Positions 8,643-20,363 of a DNA stretch of 64,000 nucleotides are shown one piece after another. Within the stretch, counting starts at the first letter, position 1. Each line of letters opens with the position of its first letter. The notes beneath the pieces were generated by a model. That model was not told the origin of the DNA. It ran no database searches and saw only the letters and a list, made by a program, of their open reading frames with translations. The position numbers were made by a program, and so were the translations under genes. This DNA is from Candidatus Omnitrophota bacterium (GTDB lineage: Bacteria; Omnitrophota; Gorgyraeia; Duberdicusellales; 4484-171). The DNA is taken from positions 160,001-224,000 of the forward strand of contig JAIPGM010000002.1 of the NCBI GenBank assembly GCA_021735655.1. Direction: 5' to 3'.

Positions 8643-10625
8643 ATGGACCGATTTAAGCTGGTCAGTAAATTCAAGCCTACCGGAGATCAACCTCAGGCAA
8701 TAAAGAAGCTCATTCAGCGGATAAAGTCTGAGAAGCGTTTTTCTACTCTTTTGGGTGTAACCGGATCAGGGAAAACCTTTACTTTGGCTTGTGCAATCGA
8801 GAAGTTGAATCGTCCGGTTTTAGTGATTTCTCACAATAAAACCCTAGCTAGTCAGCTTTATGCTGAGTTTCGCGAGTTTTTTCCTCAAAATGCGGTTGAA
8901 TATTTTGTTAGTTATTACGATTATTATCAACCGGAAAGCTATATTCCTCAAACTGATACCTATATTGAAAAGGATGCATCAATTAATGATCGTCTTGATC
9001 GCTTAAGGCTTTCATCGACAAGTTCACTTATTGCTCGCCAAGATGTTATAGTAGTCGCATCGGTATCTTGCATTTATAACTTAGGTTCTCCAGAAGATTA
9101 TCAGAATTTAACGTTAAATTTAGTCTCGGGTCAGGCTTTACAAACTGAAAGTGTTATTAAGCAGCTTACCGAGCTTCAGTATGAGCGCAATGACTTTGAT
9201 TTTCAAAGAGGAACCTTTCGCTTGAAAGGTGATACTTTAGATATTTTCCCATCTTACAAGGAGCGGCCACTGCGAGTAGAGTTTTTTAATCAGGAGTTAG
9301 AGAAAATTTATGAGTTTGATCAGGCCAGTGGAAAAAAGATTAGCGACTTGGAGAGAGTAAGTATCTATCCGGCAAAACATTTTATCATCGAGAAGGATAA
9401 AATTGAGGCAGCTTCAAGAACGATTTCTTTAGAGCTTGAGGATCGTTGCGATTTTTTTAAAAAAGAAGGAAAACTCCTTGAAGCTCAGCGTTTGAGGCAG
9501 CGAACTCTTTTTGATCTTGAAATGTTGAATGAGTGCGGATATTGTCATGGCATTGAAAACTATTCTCGCCATTTAACTGGTCGCCCGACTGGATCAAGGC
9601 CATTTTGTCTTTTAGACTACTTTTCTAAAGACTTTATTACTATTATTGATGAAAGCCATGTGACTGTACCTCAGGTACGGGGAATGTATGAGGGCGATAA
9701 GTCGCGAAAAAAAACCTTAGTTAACTATGGCTTTAGGTTGCCGTCTTGCTTAGACAACCGGCCGCTTCGTTTTGATGAGTTTACCAAATTAATTAACAAA
9801 GCAGTTCATGTTTCCGCAACTCCGGCAGAGTATGAATTAAAACTTTCTGACTACAAGGTTGTCGAACAAATTATTAGACCCACTGGGCTACCTGACCCGG
9901 AAATAGAAGTTCGCCCAAGTGAAAATCAAATCGAAGATATAATCGCGGAAGTTAAAAACCGGATTAAGAGCAAAGAACGAACCTTGATTACTACTTTGAC
10001 TAAACGGATGGCTGAGGAACTTTCACGATATTTGGCTGATGAAGGATTAAAAGTCAGCTATGTCCATTCAGAGGTCAATACTTTTGAGAGGACAAAGATT
10101 TTGAAAGATCTCCGGATGAAAAAAATTGACCTTTTGGTTGGAGTAAATCTTTTACGGGAAGGGTTAGACTTACCGGAAGTATCTTTAGTGATAATCCTTG
10201 ATGCTGACAAAGAAGGATTCTTGCGTTCAGCAACGTCATTAATCCAGGTGGCCGGAAGATGCGCCCGCAATATTAACGGACACGTTATCATGTATGCAGA
10301 TAGGGTTACTAAATCAATGCAGAAAGCAATCAATGAAAGTTCGCGTCGCCGGAAGGTGCAACTTGAGCATAATCGAATCAATAATATTACCCCTAGGAGT
10401 ATTCAGAAGGCAATCAATGAAGGTATTGAAATATACTTAAAAGAAGCGAATAAGCTTAATCAGCGACTTGATCTTAAAGAAGAAGTTGGTAGCTTACATG
10501 AAGTTATTGGCCAGCTTGAAAAGGAGATGTTTTTGGCGGCTAAGCATTTACATTTTGAAAAAGCCGCTAGTTTACGTGATAAAATAGAAGAGCTGCGCAA
10601 AGTTATTGCCAAAAAGGTTAAATAG
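8643..10625 (+). CDS. uvrB: Excinuclease ABC subunit B
   Basis: 660 aa. N-terminus FKLVSKFKPTGDQPQAI, Walker A GVTGSGKT, helicase motifs, and a C-terminal UvrB/UvrC interaction helix (EKAASLRDKIEELR). Confidence 0.95.
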   Translation: MDRFKLVSKFKPTGDQPQAIKKLIQRIKSEKRFSTLLGVTGSGKTFTLACAIEKLNRPVLVISHNKTLASQLYAEFREFFPQNAVEYFVSYYDYYQPESYIPQTDTYIEKDASINDRLDRLRLSSTSSLIARQDVIVVASVSCIYNLGSPEDYQNLTLNLVSGQALQTESVIKQLTELQYERNDFDFQRGTFRLKGDTLDIFPSYKERPLRVEFFNQELEKIYEFDQASGKKISDLERVSIYPAKHFIIEKDKIEAASRTISLELEDRCDFFKKEGKLLEAQRLRQRTLFDLEMLNECGYCHGIENYSRHLTGRPTGSRPFCLLDYFSKDFITIIDESHVTVPQVRGMYEGDKSRKKTLVNYGFRLPSCLDNRPLRFDEFTKLINKAVHVSATPAEYELKLSDYKVVEQIIRPTGLPDPEIEVRPSENQIEDIIAEVKNRIKSKERTLITTLTKRMAEELSRYLADEGLKVSYVHSEVNTFERTKILKDLRMKKIDLLVGVNLLREGLDLPEVSLVIILDADKEGFLRSATSLIQVAGRCARNINGHVIMYADRVTKSMQKAINESSRRRKVQLEHNRINNITPRSIQKAINEGIEIYLKEANKLNQRLDLKEEVGSLHEVIGQLEKEMFLAAKHLHFEKAASLRDKIEELRKVIAKKVK

Positions 10626-10643
10626 TCTATAATTATTTAAGTT

Positions 10644-11369
10644 ATGATTGTAGTTGACGTTGGAAACACTAGTATAAGTTTATTTCAGTTCAAAGGAAAA
10701 AAAATTACCAAAATTGTATCTTTGTCTACTCGCCAAGTTACTAAAAAGGCAGTTAAGGACGCTTTGGTTAATTTCTCTTCGGGGCCGATTTTGCTTTGTT
10801 CGGTCGTGCCTAAGGTGAGCAAGTTGTTTCAATCTTTGAATCGGAAGGTCTACCTCATCGGCAAGGAAATTAAAGTTCCTATCGGTTGTAAATATAAACG
10901 TAGTGATGTTGGTTCAGATCGATTAGTCGCCGCTTTAGCAGCTAAAAATTTATTTCCTAAGGTGAGGATAGTGCTTGATTTTGGCACAGCGATTACTTTT
11001 GATTTTTTATCGGTTAAGGGTGATTATCAAGGGGGGATTATTTTGCCTGGAGCCGGCTCAACTCTTTCGGTATTTTCTAGCTGCGCCCTTCTTCCCAAGA
11101 AAATAAAGATAACTAAAACAAAACGAATTATACCTAAAGATACCGCCGAAAGCATAAGCAAGGGGTTGACTGAAGGGTTTTCAGTGATGATTAATTCTTT
11201 AGTTAAAAAATATTGTAAGCTTTTAAAAATTCCTCGTTCAGCAACTATTGTTGTTACCGGAGGCGAAGCTGCTTGGGTTAAGTCTAAGCTCGACTTCAGT
11301 TATTCCTATGAGCCATACCTAGTGGCAAAAGGTCTTCAAAGTTTGGCTGCCCAATATCTTTCCCAGTAA
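10644..11369 (+). CDS. coaX: Type III pantothenate kinase
   Basis: 241 aa. N-terminal VVDVGNTS motif, DFGTAITFD, and an ASKHA-fold pattern like CoaX. Confidence 0.8.
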   Translation: MIVVDVGNTSISLFQFKGKKITKIVSLSTRQVTKKAVKDALVNFSSGPILLCSVVPKVSKLFQSLNRKVYLIGKEIKVPIGCKYKRSDVGSDRLVAALAAKNLFPKVRIVLDFGTAITFDFLSVKGDYQGGIILPGAGSTLSVFSSCALLPKKIKITKTKRIIPKDTAESISKGLTEGFSVMINSLVKKYCKLLKIPRSATIVVTGGEAAWVKSKLDFSYSYEPYLVAKGLQSLAAQYLSQ

Positions 11370-11387
11370 AAAAATTTAAAAATTTTC

Positions 11388-11415
11388 TTGACAAGGTTGT
11401 CTACTTAAGTATAAT
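11388..11415 (+). promoter_or_regulatory. Sigma-70-type promoter of groESL (TTGACA-16 nt-TATAAT)
   Basis: TTGACA at 11388-11393 and TATAAT at 11410-11415. It sits immediately 5' of the CIRCE element and about 95 nt upstream of groES. Confidence 0.6.
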
Positions 11416-11441
11416 TAGCACTCTTGGGTAGAGATTGCTAA
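11415..11441 (+). promoter_or_regulatory. CIRCE inverted repeat (HrcA operator)
   Basis: TTAGCACTC-N9-GATTGCTAA has one mismatch to the consensus TTAGCACTC-N9-GAGTGCTAA. It is positioned right at the -10 of the groES promoter. Confidence 0.8.
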
Positions 11442-11510
11442 GTTAGTTAATTGCAGTTTTTTCGTTATTTTAGTCAAAAAAGGTTAGGTTTAATTAAAGG
11501 AGGTGCTTAG

Positions 11511-13452
<1,942 letters not shown>

Positions 13453-13474
13453 TTTTATCAAAATTTGACCATAA

Positions 13475-13510
13475 AATCCCCGTCTTCCTAAAAGAGACGG
13501 GGATTTTTTT
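13475..13510 (+). terminator. Rho-independent terminator after groEL
   Basis: GC stem ATCCCCGTCT / AGACGGGGAT followed by TTTTTTT. Confidence 0.8.
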
Positions 13511-13568
13511 ATGGATTTTTACTTTCGATAGTGTTATAATAAACAATAGTTTTAAAAATTTATAATTT

Positions 13569-14921
13569 ATGCGAGAAGCACCTTTTTCTTTAAGCACAGT
13601 TGGCGCCGACAATCTCGAGTTGGGTTTATTTCGTTACTCACTCCTGCCGCGTGAGGGATTTGTTGCTGCAAATAGCACGCTTTTTGGAATGTTGGGCTAT
13701 CTTAGTCGAAAGTATTTCTTACAGGAAAAGATAGATAAATTGTTTTTTGATTCTAAGGATTGTGAGATTTTTTTTGAAATATTAAATCGTAATCAAAAGA
13801 TTAAATTTTTCGAGGTTCCGTTTAAGAAAAAGGATGGGAGTCGAATCTGGGTGGCGATAACTGCTTCTTATATCTTTTCTAAGGATAAAACGAAATGCCT
13901 AGAAGGGATAATTCAAGATATCTCTTATCAAAAGCGAATGCAAGACCGGTTAATTTTGGAGAAGGATTTTCTCCAGGCGTTATTTGATAATATTCCGGAT
14001 GCTGTTTATTTCAAAGATCGAAGCAACCGGATAATTAAAGTTAATAAGTTTTATGTTGACGGTACTGGACTTAACGAAAAGGAGATAGTTGGAAAGACTG
14101 ACTTTCATTTTTTTCCTTATAGCCAGGCTAAAGAAATGTTTGAAGACGACAATCATGTTTTAAATACCGGAAAGCCAATAGTTGGCAAAATTGAGAAGAC
14201 TAAACTTCCCGATGGTAGTTGGAATCAAGTGATTACGACTAAAATTCCGATGCACGATAGGGGTGGTAAAATCATTGGTAGTATCGGTACCACTCGTGAC
14301 ATGACCGCTCATGGTAATCTGGAAGAGAATCGTCTTTCAATGGCCATAAATGCACTCGAAATTTTAGGAAAGGCTCTAGAAATGCGAGATCCTTATACTT
14401 TTAGTCACACCCGACATGTTGCTAAGATAGGCGCTGAGATTGCTAAAGCTTTAGGCTGGGACGATAATCAAATTTTAGCTATGAAGTTAGCTGGAGAGCT
14501 TCATGACTTAGGAAAGATAAGTATCCCTTTGGATATTTTAAATAAACCCGGGGTTTTAAGCAGTTTAGAATATAGTTTAATAAAGGAGCACACTACTAAT
14601 TGTTATAATTTAATAAAAGATGTAGATTTTCCGTTTCCTTTGGCTGAAATTATTTATCAGCACCATGAACGAATTGATGGTTCTGGCTACCCGCGTCAAC
14701 TAAGCGGTGATAAAATTATGACTGAAGCCCGTATTTTAGCGGTTAGTGATGTCTTGGAGGCCATGACTCATCATCGTCCGTATCGGGCTGCTCTTGGCTT
14801 AAAAGATGCCTGCAGTGAGCTGTCAGACAACAAAGGTACTAAATATGACCCAGTGATCGTCGAAGTGTTATTGAGTCTAGTTAAGGATAGCGGCGACAAA
14901 GAGTTTTGGCTGGGAAATTAA
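13569..14921 (+). CDS. PAS-PAS sensor fused to an HD-GYP domain (putative c-di-GMP phosphodiesterase)
   Basis: 450 aa. Two PAS-like segments, then an HD domain (HTRHVAKIG..ELHDLGK) with the exact HD-GYP signature HHERIDGSGYP. Confidence 0.75.
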   Translation: MREAPFSLSTVGADNLELGLFRYSLLPREGFVAANSTLFGMLGYLSRKYFLQEKIDKLFFDSKDCEIFFEILNRNQKIKFFEVPFKKKDGSRIWVAITASYIFSKDKTKCLEGIIQDISYQKRMQDRLILEKDFLQALFDNIPDAVYFKDRSNRIIKVNKFYVDGTGLNEKEIVGKTDFHFFPYSQAKEMFEDDNHVLNTGKPIVGKIEKTKLPDGSWNQVITTKIPMHDRGGKIIGSIGTTRDMTAHGNLEENRLSMAINALEILGKALEMRDPYTFSHTRHVAKIGAEIAKALGWDDNQILAMKLAGELHDLGKISIPLDILNKPGVLSSLEYSLIKEHTTNCYNLIKDVDFPFPLAEIIYQHHERIDGSGYPRQLSGDKIMTEARILAVSDVLEAMTHHRPYRAALGLKDACSELSDNKGTKYDPVIVEVLLSLVKDSGDKEFWLGN

Positions 14922-14981
14922 GACAATGAATCTATCTGCTAGCTAATCCGCTCGTGAATTTATTAAGATTAGATAATTTGT

Positions 14982-15010
14982 TTGCATAGTTTTAGGTTTT
15001 GTGTTATAAA
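14982..15010 (+). promoter_or_regulatory. Candidate promoter of the PFOR gene (TTGCAT-17 nt-TATAAA)
   Basis: Hexamer spacing read by eye about 55 nt upstream of the PFOR start. Consensus-like but not validated. Confidence 0.35.
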
Positions 15011-15065
15011 ATATATTCCTTTTATTATTACTTAAAAAAGCACTAAAATTGAGGAGGATACCATA

Positions 15066-18000
15066 ATGAAGCGTCGAAAAATTCCCATAGATGGAAATAC
15101 CGCAGCAGCTCATGTTGCTCATGCTACCAATGAAGTTATTGCGATTTATCCGATAACCCCTTCCTCTGGTGTTGGGGAGATGGCTGACGAAAAGTCAGCT
15201 AAAGGCGAGACTAATATTTGGGGTCAGATACCAGTAGTCTCAGAACTTCAATCAGAAGGTGGAGCTTCTGGGGCCGTTCACGGAGCACTTTCAGCCGGCA
15301 GCCTTACAACTACTTTTACCGCATCTCAGGGCTTGTTGTTAATGGTTCCGAATATGTTTAAGATCGCCGGCGAGTTAACGCCAACCGTTTTTTATGTAAC
15401 TGCTCGCACTGTAGCAACTCATGCGCTTTCGATATTTTGTGACCATTCTGATGTTATGGCGGCACGTTCTACGGGCTTTGGAATTTTATTTGCAAACAGC
15501 GTTCAGGAAGTTATGGATTTAGCTTTGATTGCCCAGAGTTCAACTCTAAAAACTCGAGTTCCCTTGCTGATGGTTTATGATGGTTTTCGTACTTCTCATG
15601 AAATTCAAAAGGTAGAGGAGCTAGCTAAAGAAGATATGTTAGCTTTAATTGATTTTGGAGATATTACTGCTCATCGCAGACGAGCGCTTACCCCAGATTG
15701 TCCGACCATAAAAGGTACATCACAGAATCCTGATGTTTTTTTTCAAGAAAGAGAAACTGTAAATGCTTTTTATGAAAATGCACCGGATATTGTTCAAACG
15801 GCAATGGATAAATTTTCTAAGCAAGTTGGCAGGAGTTATAGTCTTTTTGAGTATGTTGGAGCGCCCGATGCCGAAAGAATCGTTGTGATTATGGGTTCTG
15901 GCGCTGAAACCGTTCATGAGACTGTTGATTATCTAACTAAACAGGGCGAAAAGGTAGGCCTGGTTAAGGTTAGACTTTATCGTCCATTCTCGGTTGATGC
16001 TTTTGTTGATAGTTTTCCTAAGACTACTAAAGCAATAGCTGTTTTAGACAGAACTAAAGAGCCGGGGGCAATTGGTGAGCCACTTTATCTAGATGTGCGT
16101 TCAGCTATCGGTGAAGCTTTGGAGAATAAAGTTGCCCCTTTTAAAGAGTGGCCTAAAATCATTGGTGGCCGGTATGGTTTAGGTTCGAAAGAATTTACCC
16201 CTTGCATGGTTAAGGCAGTTTTTGATAATTTAGCTAAGAGTGAAGTTAAAAACCATTTTACCGTCGGCATTGAAGACGATTTAACCAACCACAGTTTAGA
16301 GACTAATAGTTGTTTTTCATCTGAGAATACGCAAAACTTTAGAGGTGTTTTTTACGGTCTCGGTTCTGACGGAACCGTTGGTGCTAATAAGAATTCAATT
16401 AAAATAATTGGTGAATTGACTGATAATTATGTTCAGGCTTATTTTGTTTATGATTCAAAGAAGGCTGGAGCTCGCACCGCTTCTCATCTTCGTTTTGGAA
16501 AAGATCCAATCCGTAGCACCTACCTTATTCAGCAGGCGAACTTTGTCGCTTGTCATAATTTTTCTTTTGTCGAGAAGTTTGACTTGCTTTCAGTTGCTGA
16601 GGAAGGCGCAACCTTTCTTTTGATTAGTCCTTACGGTAAGGATCAAGTTTGGGATCGTCTTCCAATCGAAGTCCAGAAGGAAATAATTCAAAAGAAACTT
16701 AAATTTTATGTGATTAATGCAACTAAACTTGCTGAAAGTTTGGGCTTAGGGGCAAGAATTAACACGATTATGCAGACAGCCTTTTTTACAATCAGTAATA
16801 TTTTACCGATTGATCAGGCAATAACAGCCATAAAAGATGCGATTAAGAAAACTTACGGCAGTAAGGGTGATAAAGTGGTACAGATGAATATGGCTGCGGT
16901 TGATAAAGCGGCTGGGGCTATTGAAGAGGTGTTGGTGCCTAGTGAGGCTACTAGTAAAATTTCTATACCTTTGGTTGTCCCTGATAATTCGCCAGAGTTT
17001 GTGAAAAAAGTAACTGCTAAAATTATTGAAGGCAAGGGCGATGAATTACCGGTGTCGGCCTTCCCTAATGACGGAACTTACCCGACTGCGACCACTCAAG
17101 TTGAAAAACGTAATATTGCCACTCAGATTCCTGAGTGGGATCCATTAGTTTGCATTCAGTGCGGACAGTGTTGTTTGATGTGTCCGCACGGAGTTATCCG
17201 AATGAAGATATATAATAAGGACCAATTGACTAAGGCTCCAGCTGAATTTAAGCATACTCAGGCCAAAGGTAAGGATTTGGAAAGTAAGGCCTTTACGCTT
17301 CAAGTTGCCCCTGAGGATTGCACTGGTTGTGGAGTCTGCGTTAATAGTTGTCCGGTGTTCAAAAAGGATGATAATAGTAAGCCTACCGACAAAAAGGCAA
17401 TTAATATGGTTGCTCAAATTCCAGTACGTGAGCGTGAACGGAAAAGCTTCGAGTATTTTCTCTCTTTGCCGGATATGAAGATTGAGGATTTACCGATCCC
17501 AATCAGCACTGTTAAAGGTTCTCAACTCATGCGACCGTTATTTGAATTTTCCGGTGCTTGTGCTGGATGTGGAGAAACCGCTTATGTTAAATTGATGACT
17601 CAGCTTTTCGGAGATCGAGCCTTAATCGCCAACGCGACAGGGTGTTCGTCTATTTACGGTGGTAACTTGCCGACCACTCCTTATTGTGTTAATAGTGATC
17701 AACGTGGTCCAGCTTGGTCTAATTCTCTTTTTGAGGATAATGCTGAGTTTGGCTTCGGTATGCGTTTGAGTTTGGATCAGATTAATGATCGGGCCAAGCA
17801 GTTACTTAAAGAATTACTTAGCAAGAAAGCCCTAGGGGATAATTCTACCTTAGCTAATGAAATACTTAATGGCAATCAGGATACTCATCAGGATATCGAA
17901 AATCAACGCTTAAGAGTGGCAAAGCTTAAAGATGTTTTGAAGAAACTTTCTAATGATAAGCTGGCTCAAGAGTTATTGTCATTTGCTGATCAACTGGTTA

Positions 18001-18665
18001 AAAAATCGGTATGGATTTTAGGTGGTGACGGGTGGGCTTATGATATTGGTTACGGTGGTCTGGATCACGTTTTGGCTTCAGGTAAAAATATTAATGTTTT
18101 AGTTTTGGACACTGGGGTTTATTCAAATACCGGCGGCCAGATGTCTAAAGCGACTCCGATGGGCGCGATAGCTAAATTTGCTGCCGCTGGTAAGCCATTA
18201 CCGCGCAAAGATTTAGCAATGCTTGCTATGAGTTACGGTAATGTGTACGTTGCTCGTATTGCCATGGGTGCAAATTCAGCTCAGACCCTCAAAGCATTTT
18301 TAGAAGCTGAAAGCTATCCTGGCCCCTCAATAATTATTGCTTATTCTCAATGCATTGCTCACGGTATCAATATGACTAAAGGTGTGGATGCACAAAAAAA
18401 GGCTGTTGCTTCTGGTGATTGGCCTTTGGTAAGATTTAATCCTCAGTTATTAAAAGAGAAGAAAAATCCTTTGCAGCTTGACAGCAAGTCGCCGAGCATA
18501 CCTTTAGAAGAATATATCTACAGTGAAAATAGATTTAAAGCTTTAAAAACTGCAGCGCCGGAAAGAGCAGAGATGCTATTGAAGTTGTCACAGGAAGAAA
18601 TTATTAGAAGATTTAAGATTTATGAATATCTATCAAAGATGGATTGTTGCAATTCGGACGAATAA
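15066..18665 (+). CDS. nifJ: Pyruvate:ferredoxin (flavodoxin) oxidoreductase, homodimeric single-chain type
   Basis: 1199 aa. TPP-binding and ferredoxin-like domain with two CxxCxxCxxxCP motifs (CIQCGQCCLMCP; CTGCGVCVNSCP). Strong RBS GAGGAGG. Confidence 0.93.
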   Translation: MKRRKIPIDGNTAAAHVAHATNEVIAIYPITPSSGVGEMADEKSAKGETNIWGQIPVVSELQSEGGASGAVHGALSAGSLTTTFTASQGLLLMVPNMFKIAGELTPTVFYVTARTVATHALSIFCDHSDVMAARSTGFGILFANSVQEVMDLALIAQSSTLKTRVPLLMVYDGFRTSHEIQKVEELAKEDMLALIDFGDITAHRRRALTPDCPTIKGTSQNPDVFFQERETVNAFYENAPDIVQTAMDKFSKQVGRSYSLFEYVGAPDAERIVVIMGSGAETVHETVDYLTKQGEKVGLVKVRLYRPFSVDAFVDSFPKTTKAIAVLDRTKEPGAIGEPLYLDVRSAIGEALENKVAPFKEWPKIIGGRYGLGSKEFTPCMVKAVFDNLAKSEVKNHFTVGIEDDLTNHSLETNSCFSSENTQNFRGVFYGLGSDGTVGANKNSIKIIGELTDNYVQAYFVYDSKKAGARTASHLRFGKDPIRSTYLIQQANFVACHNFSFVEKFDLLSVAEEGATFLLISPYGKDQVWDRLPIEVQKEIIQKKLKFYVINATKLAESLGLGARINTIMQTAFFTISNILPIDQAITAIKDAIKKTYGSKGDKVVQMNMAAVDKAAGAIEEVLVPSEATSKISIPLVVPDNSPEFVKKVTAKIIEGKGDELPVSAFPNDGTYPTATTQVEKRNIATQIPEWDPLVCIQCGQCCLMCPHGVIRMKIYNKDQLTKAPAEFKHTQAKGKDLESKAFTLQVAPEDCTGCGVCVNSCPVFKKDDNSKPTDKKAINMVAQIPVRERERKSFEYFLSLPDMKIEDLPIPISTVKGSQLMRPLFEFSGACAGCGETAYVKLMTQLFGDRALIANATGCSSIYGGNLPTTPYCVNSDQRGPAWSNSLFEDNAEFGFGMRLSLDQINDRAKQLLKELLSKKALGDNSTLANEILNGNQDTHQDIENQRLRVAKLKDVLKKLSNDKLAQELLSFADQLVKKSVWILGGDGWAYDIGYGGLDHVLASGKNINVLVLDTGVYSNTGGQMSKATPMGAIAKFAAAGKPLPRKDLAMLAMSYGNVYVARIAMGANSAQTLKAFLEAESYPGPSIIIAYSQCIAHGINMTKGVDAQKKAVASGDWPLVRFNPQLLKEKKNPLQLDSKSPSIPLEEYIYSENRFKALKTAAPERAEMLLKLSQEEIIRRFKIYEYLSKMDCCNSDE

Positions 18666-18676
18666 AGGAGGGAGTA

Positions 18677-18862
18677 ATGGCAAAGGTTAAAGTTGATGAG
18701 AATGCTTGTGTTGGATGTGGGCTATGCGTTAATATGTGTGAGGCTGTGTTTGAATTAGATGGTAACGGTATGGCCAAGGTAAAAACAGATGAATGTGGAA
18801 GTTGTGATTTGCATGATATTGCTTCGCAATGTCCGGTTAACGCAATCGTAATAGAAAGCTAA
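18677..18862 (+). CDS. Small ferredoxin (single-domain Fe-S protein)
   Basis: Start trimmed to the ATG preceded by AAGGAGGG. The 61-aa product has CVGCGLCVNMC and C-terminal Cys ligands. It immediately follows PFOR. Confidence 0.7.
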   Translation: MAKVKVDENACVGCGLCVNMCEAVFELDGNGMAKVKTDECGSCDLHDIASQCPVNAIVIES

Positions 18863-18896
18863 GCGTTAGCTAGAGATTAACTTTAGAAGTTTATAG

Positions 18897-18942
18897 TTGC
18901 CTCGTTTGAAATATTAAATTTTTCAGGCGAGGCAATTTTTTA
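18897..18942. terminator. Bidirectional Rho-independent terminator between the convergent ferredoxin and ppiD-like genes
   Basis: TTGCCTCG ... CGAGGCAA hairpin flanked by a T-run on the + strand and an A-rich run on the other side. Confidence 0.65.
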
Positions 18943-18950
18943 TTTGCGTC

Positions 18951-20363
18951 TTAGCGAAGCGGGTTTAGGTTTAAATTAGCTTCTTGCTTTACTCTTTGAA
19001 GAAATTGTATTCGTTTTGAAAATGCTTTATTTTTTGCAAGTAGTTCTCGGTAGGTATCTTTCTTTTTTTGAAAGTCTGCATCATTGATTTCAGTCAATTC
19101 TTTTAGTTGAACGATATAAATTGCCTTTTCTCGAATAAATAACCTAGGTTCAACTTCACCATTTTTGAGTGAGAATATAGAATTACTTATTTCCGGATCG
19201 AGTCCAAGACCCTCAATGTAATCATAAAATTTAAATGGCTCAGGTTCTTTATATGTAATATTTTCTTGGCCGGCCAATTTCTTTAGATTTTTTAAGCTTT
19301 GATTGTTTATTTTGTCTAAAAGTTCTTGAGAAAAGCTTTTAGCTTGCTTTTTTGCTTCTTCAAGAATTAGTTTTTCCTTAACTTCTGATTCAATTTCTGA
19401 AAGGACTGGAATAAAAGCTGATTCTTGGTCAGTTTTTTCAATGAGTAAAATACCTTTTTCGGTTTCTAGCGGGGGGCCTAAGGTATTTTTGTCTAATGAA
19501 AAAGCTACTTCGGTAATTTTATATTGCCAGCCGATGTCTTCGATTGGATCGGAGAGTTTGATTAATCCGGTCTCTTTAATTTTTAGGGAAAATTTACTGG
19601 CTAGTTCGGCCAAGGTCCTTATTTCTTTGAGGTTGTTAATGATAGCTGAAATTTTCGGATTATCGTTTTCGATTAACACATAAGCTATATTTATTTTTGC
19701 TTCTTTTTCGAATAAGGCTTTATTTTCTTCATAGAATGTCTCAATTTCGCTAGGCGCTATCCCAATATCAACTTTAAATTTATTGTAATTAATAGCTAAG
19801 TAGGCTATGGTTGCTTTTTGTGTATCGCGCAGATATAGTTCTTTTATTTCTTCAGGTTTCACTTCGACAGTAGCGTGTTCTTGAAATAACTTATCAATTT
19901 TAATGAAAGAGCGGATGTGCTCTTCAAACATACGAGCATTTAGGTTTAAATTGTAGCGTCGAGAAATTGCTTGTAGGAAATTTTGATATGTTTCTTGATT
20001 GAATCTTTTTTGACCAAAGATGTTGTTTATTACGTAATTTTTAACTTCTTCGTTGGTAACTTTAATTTTTTCTTGATTGGCCTTCCAAATTAGAGTTAAA
20101 AAGTCTAAGCCGATGCGCTCAAAATCAAGTGGAGTGAGCGATTGAGAATCGCCTCCGGAAAGTAGTGCTTGTAGCTTAGCCATTCGGATGGCTTCTTGCA
20201 GCTCGGAGATAGTTATTTTTTCACCACCGATTTTACCAAGTATATTTTTATCTCTTCCCGAAAGGTAAAAGCCGGCCCCTGAAAGGCCGAAAGCAGCAAT
20301 GATTACGATTGCCAATATCCAAATTATACGTTTTGTATGGTGGCTGCGAAAGTTATTAAGCAT
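18951..20363 (-). CDS. Periplasmic folding chaperone, PpiD/SurA-N family (membrane-anchored)
   Basis: 470 aa. One N-terminal TM helix (IIWILAIVIIAAFGLSGAGFYL) then a SurA_N-like chaperone region. I could not confirm a rotamase domain by eye. Confidence 0.5.
   Translation of the reverse strand: MLNNFRSHHTKRIIWILAIVIIAAFGLSGAGFYLSGRDKNILGKIGGEKITISELQEAIRMAKLQALLSGGDSQSLTPLDFERIGLDFLTLIWKANQEKIKVTNEEVKNYVINNIFGQKRFNQETYQNFLQAISRRYNLNLNARMFEEHIRSFIKIDKLFQEHATVEVKPEEIKELYLRDTQKATIAYLAINYNKFKVDIGIAPSEIETFYEENKALFEKEAKINIAYVLIENDNPKISAIINNLKEIRTLAELASKFSLKIKETGLIKLSDPIEDIGWQYKITEVAFSLDKNTLGPPLETEKGILLIEKTDQESAFIPVLSEIESEVKEKLILEEAKKQAKSFSQELLDKINNQSLKNLKKLAGQENITYKEPEPFKFYDYIEGLGLDPEISNSIFSLKNGEVEPRLFIREKAIYIVQLKELTEINDADFQKKKDTYRELLAKNKAFSKRIQFLQRVKQEANLNLNPLR

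Noticed and set aside
18644-18676. Ferredoxin start at 18644, overlapping the PFOR 3' end
   Set aside because: An internal ATG at 18677 is preceded by a strong AAGGAGGG RBS and yields a typical 61-aa ferredoxin. The upstream extension overlaps the PFOR stop region.
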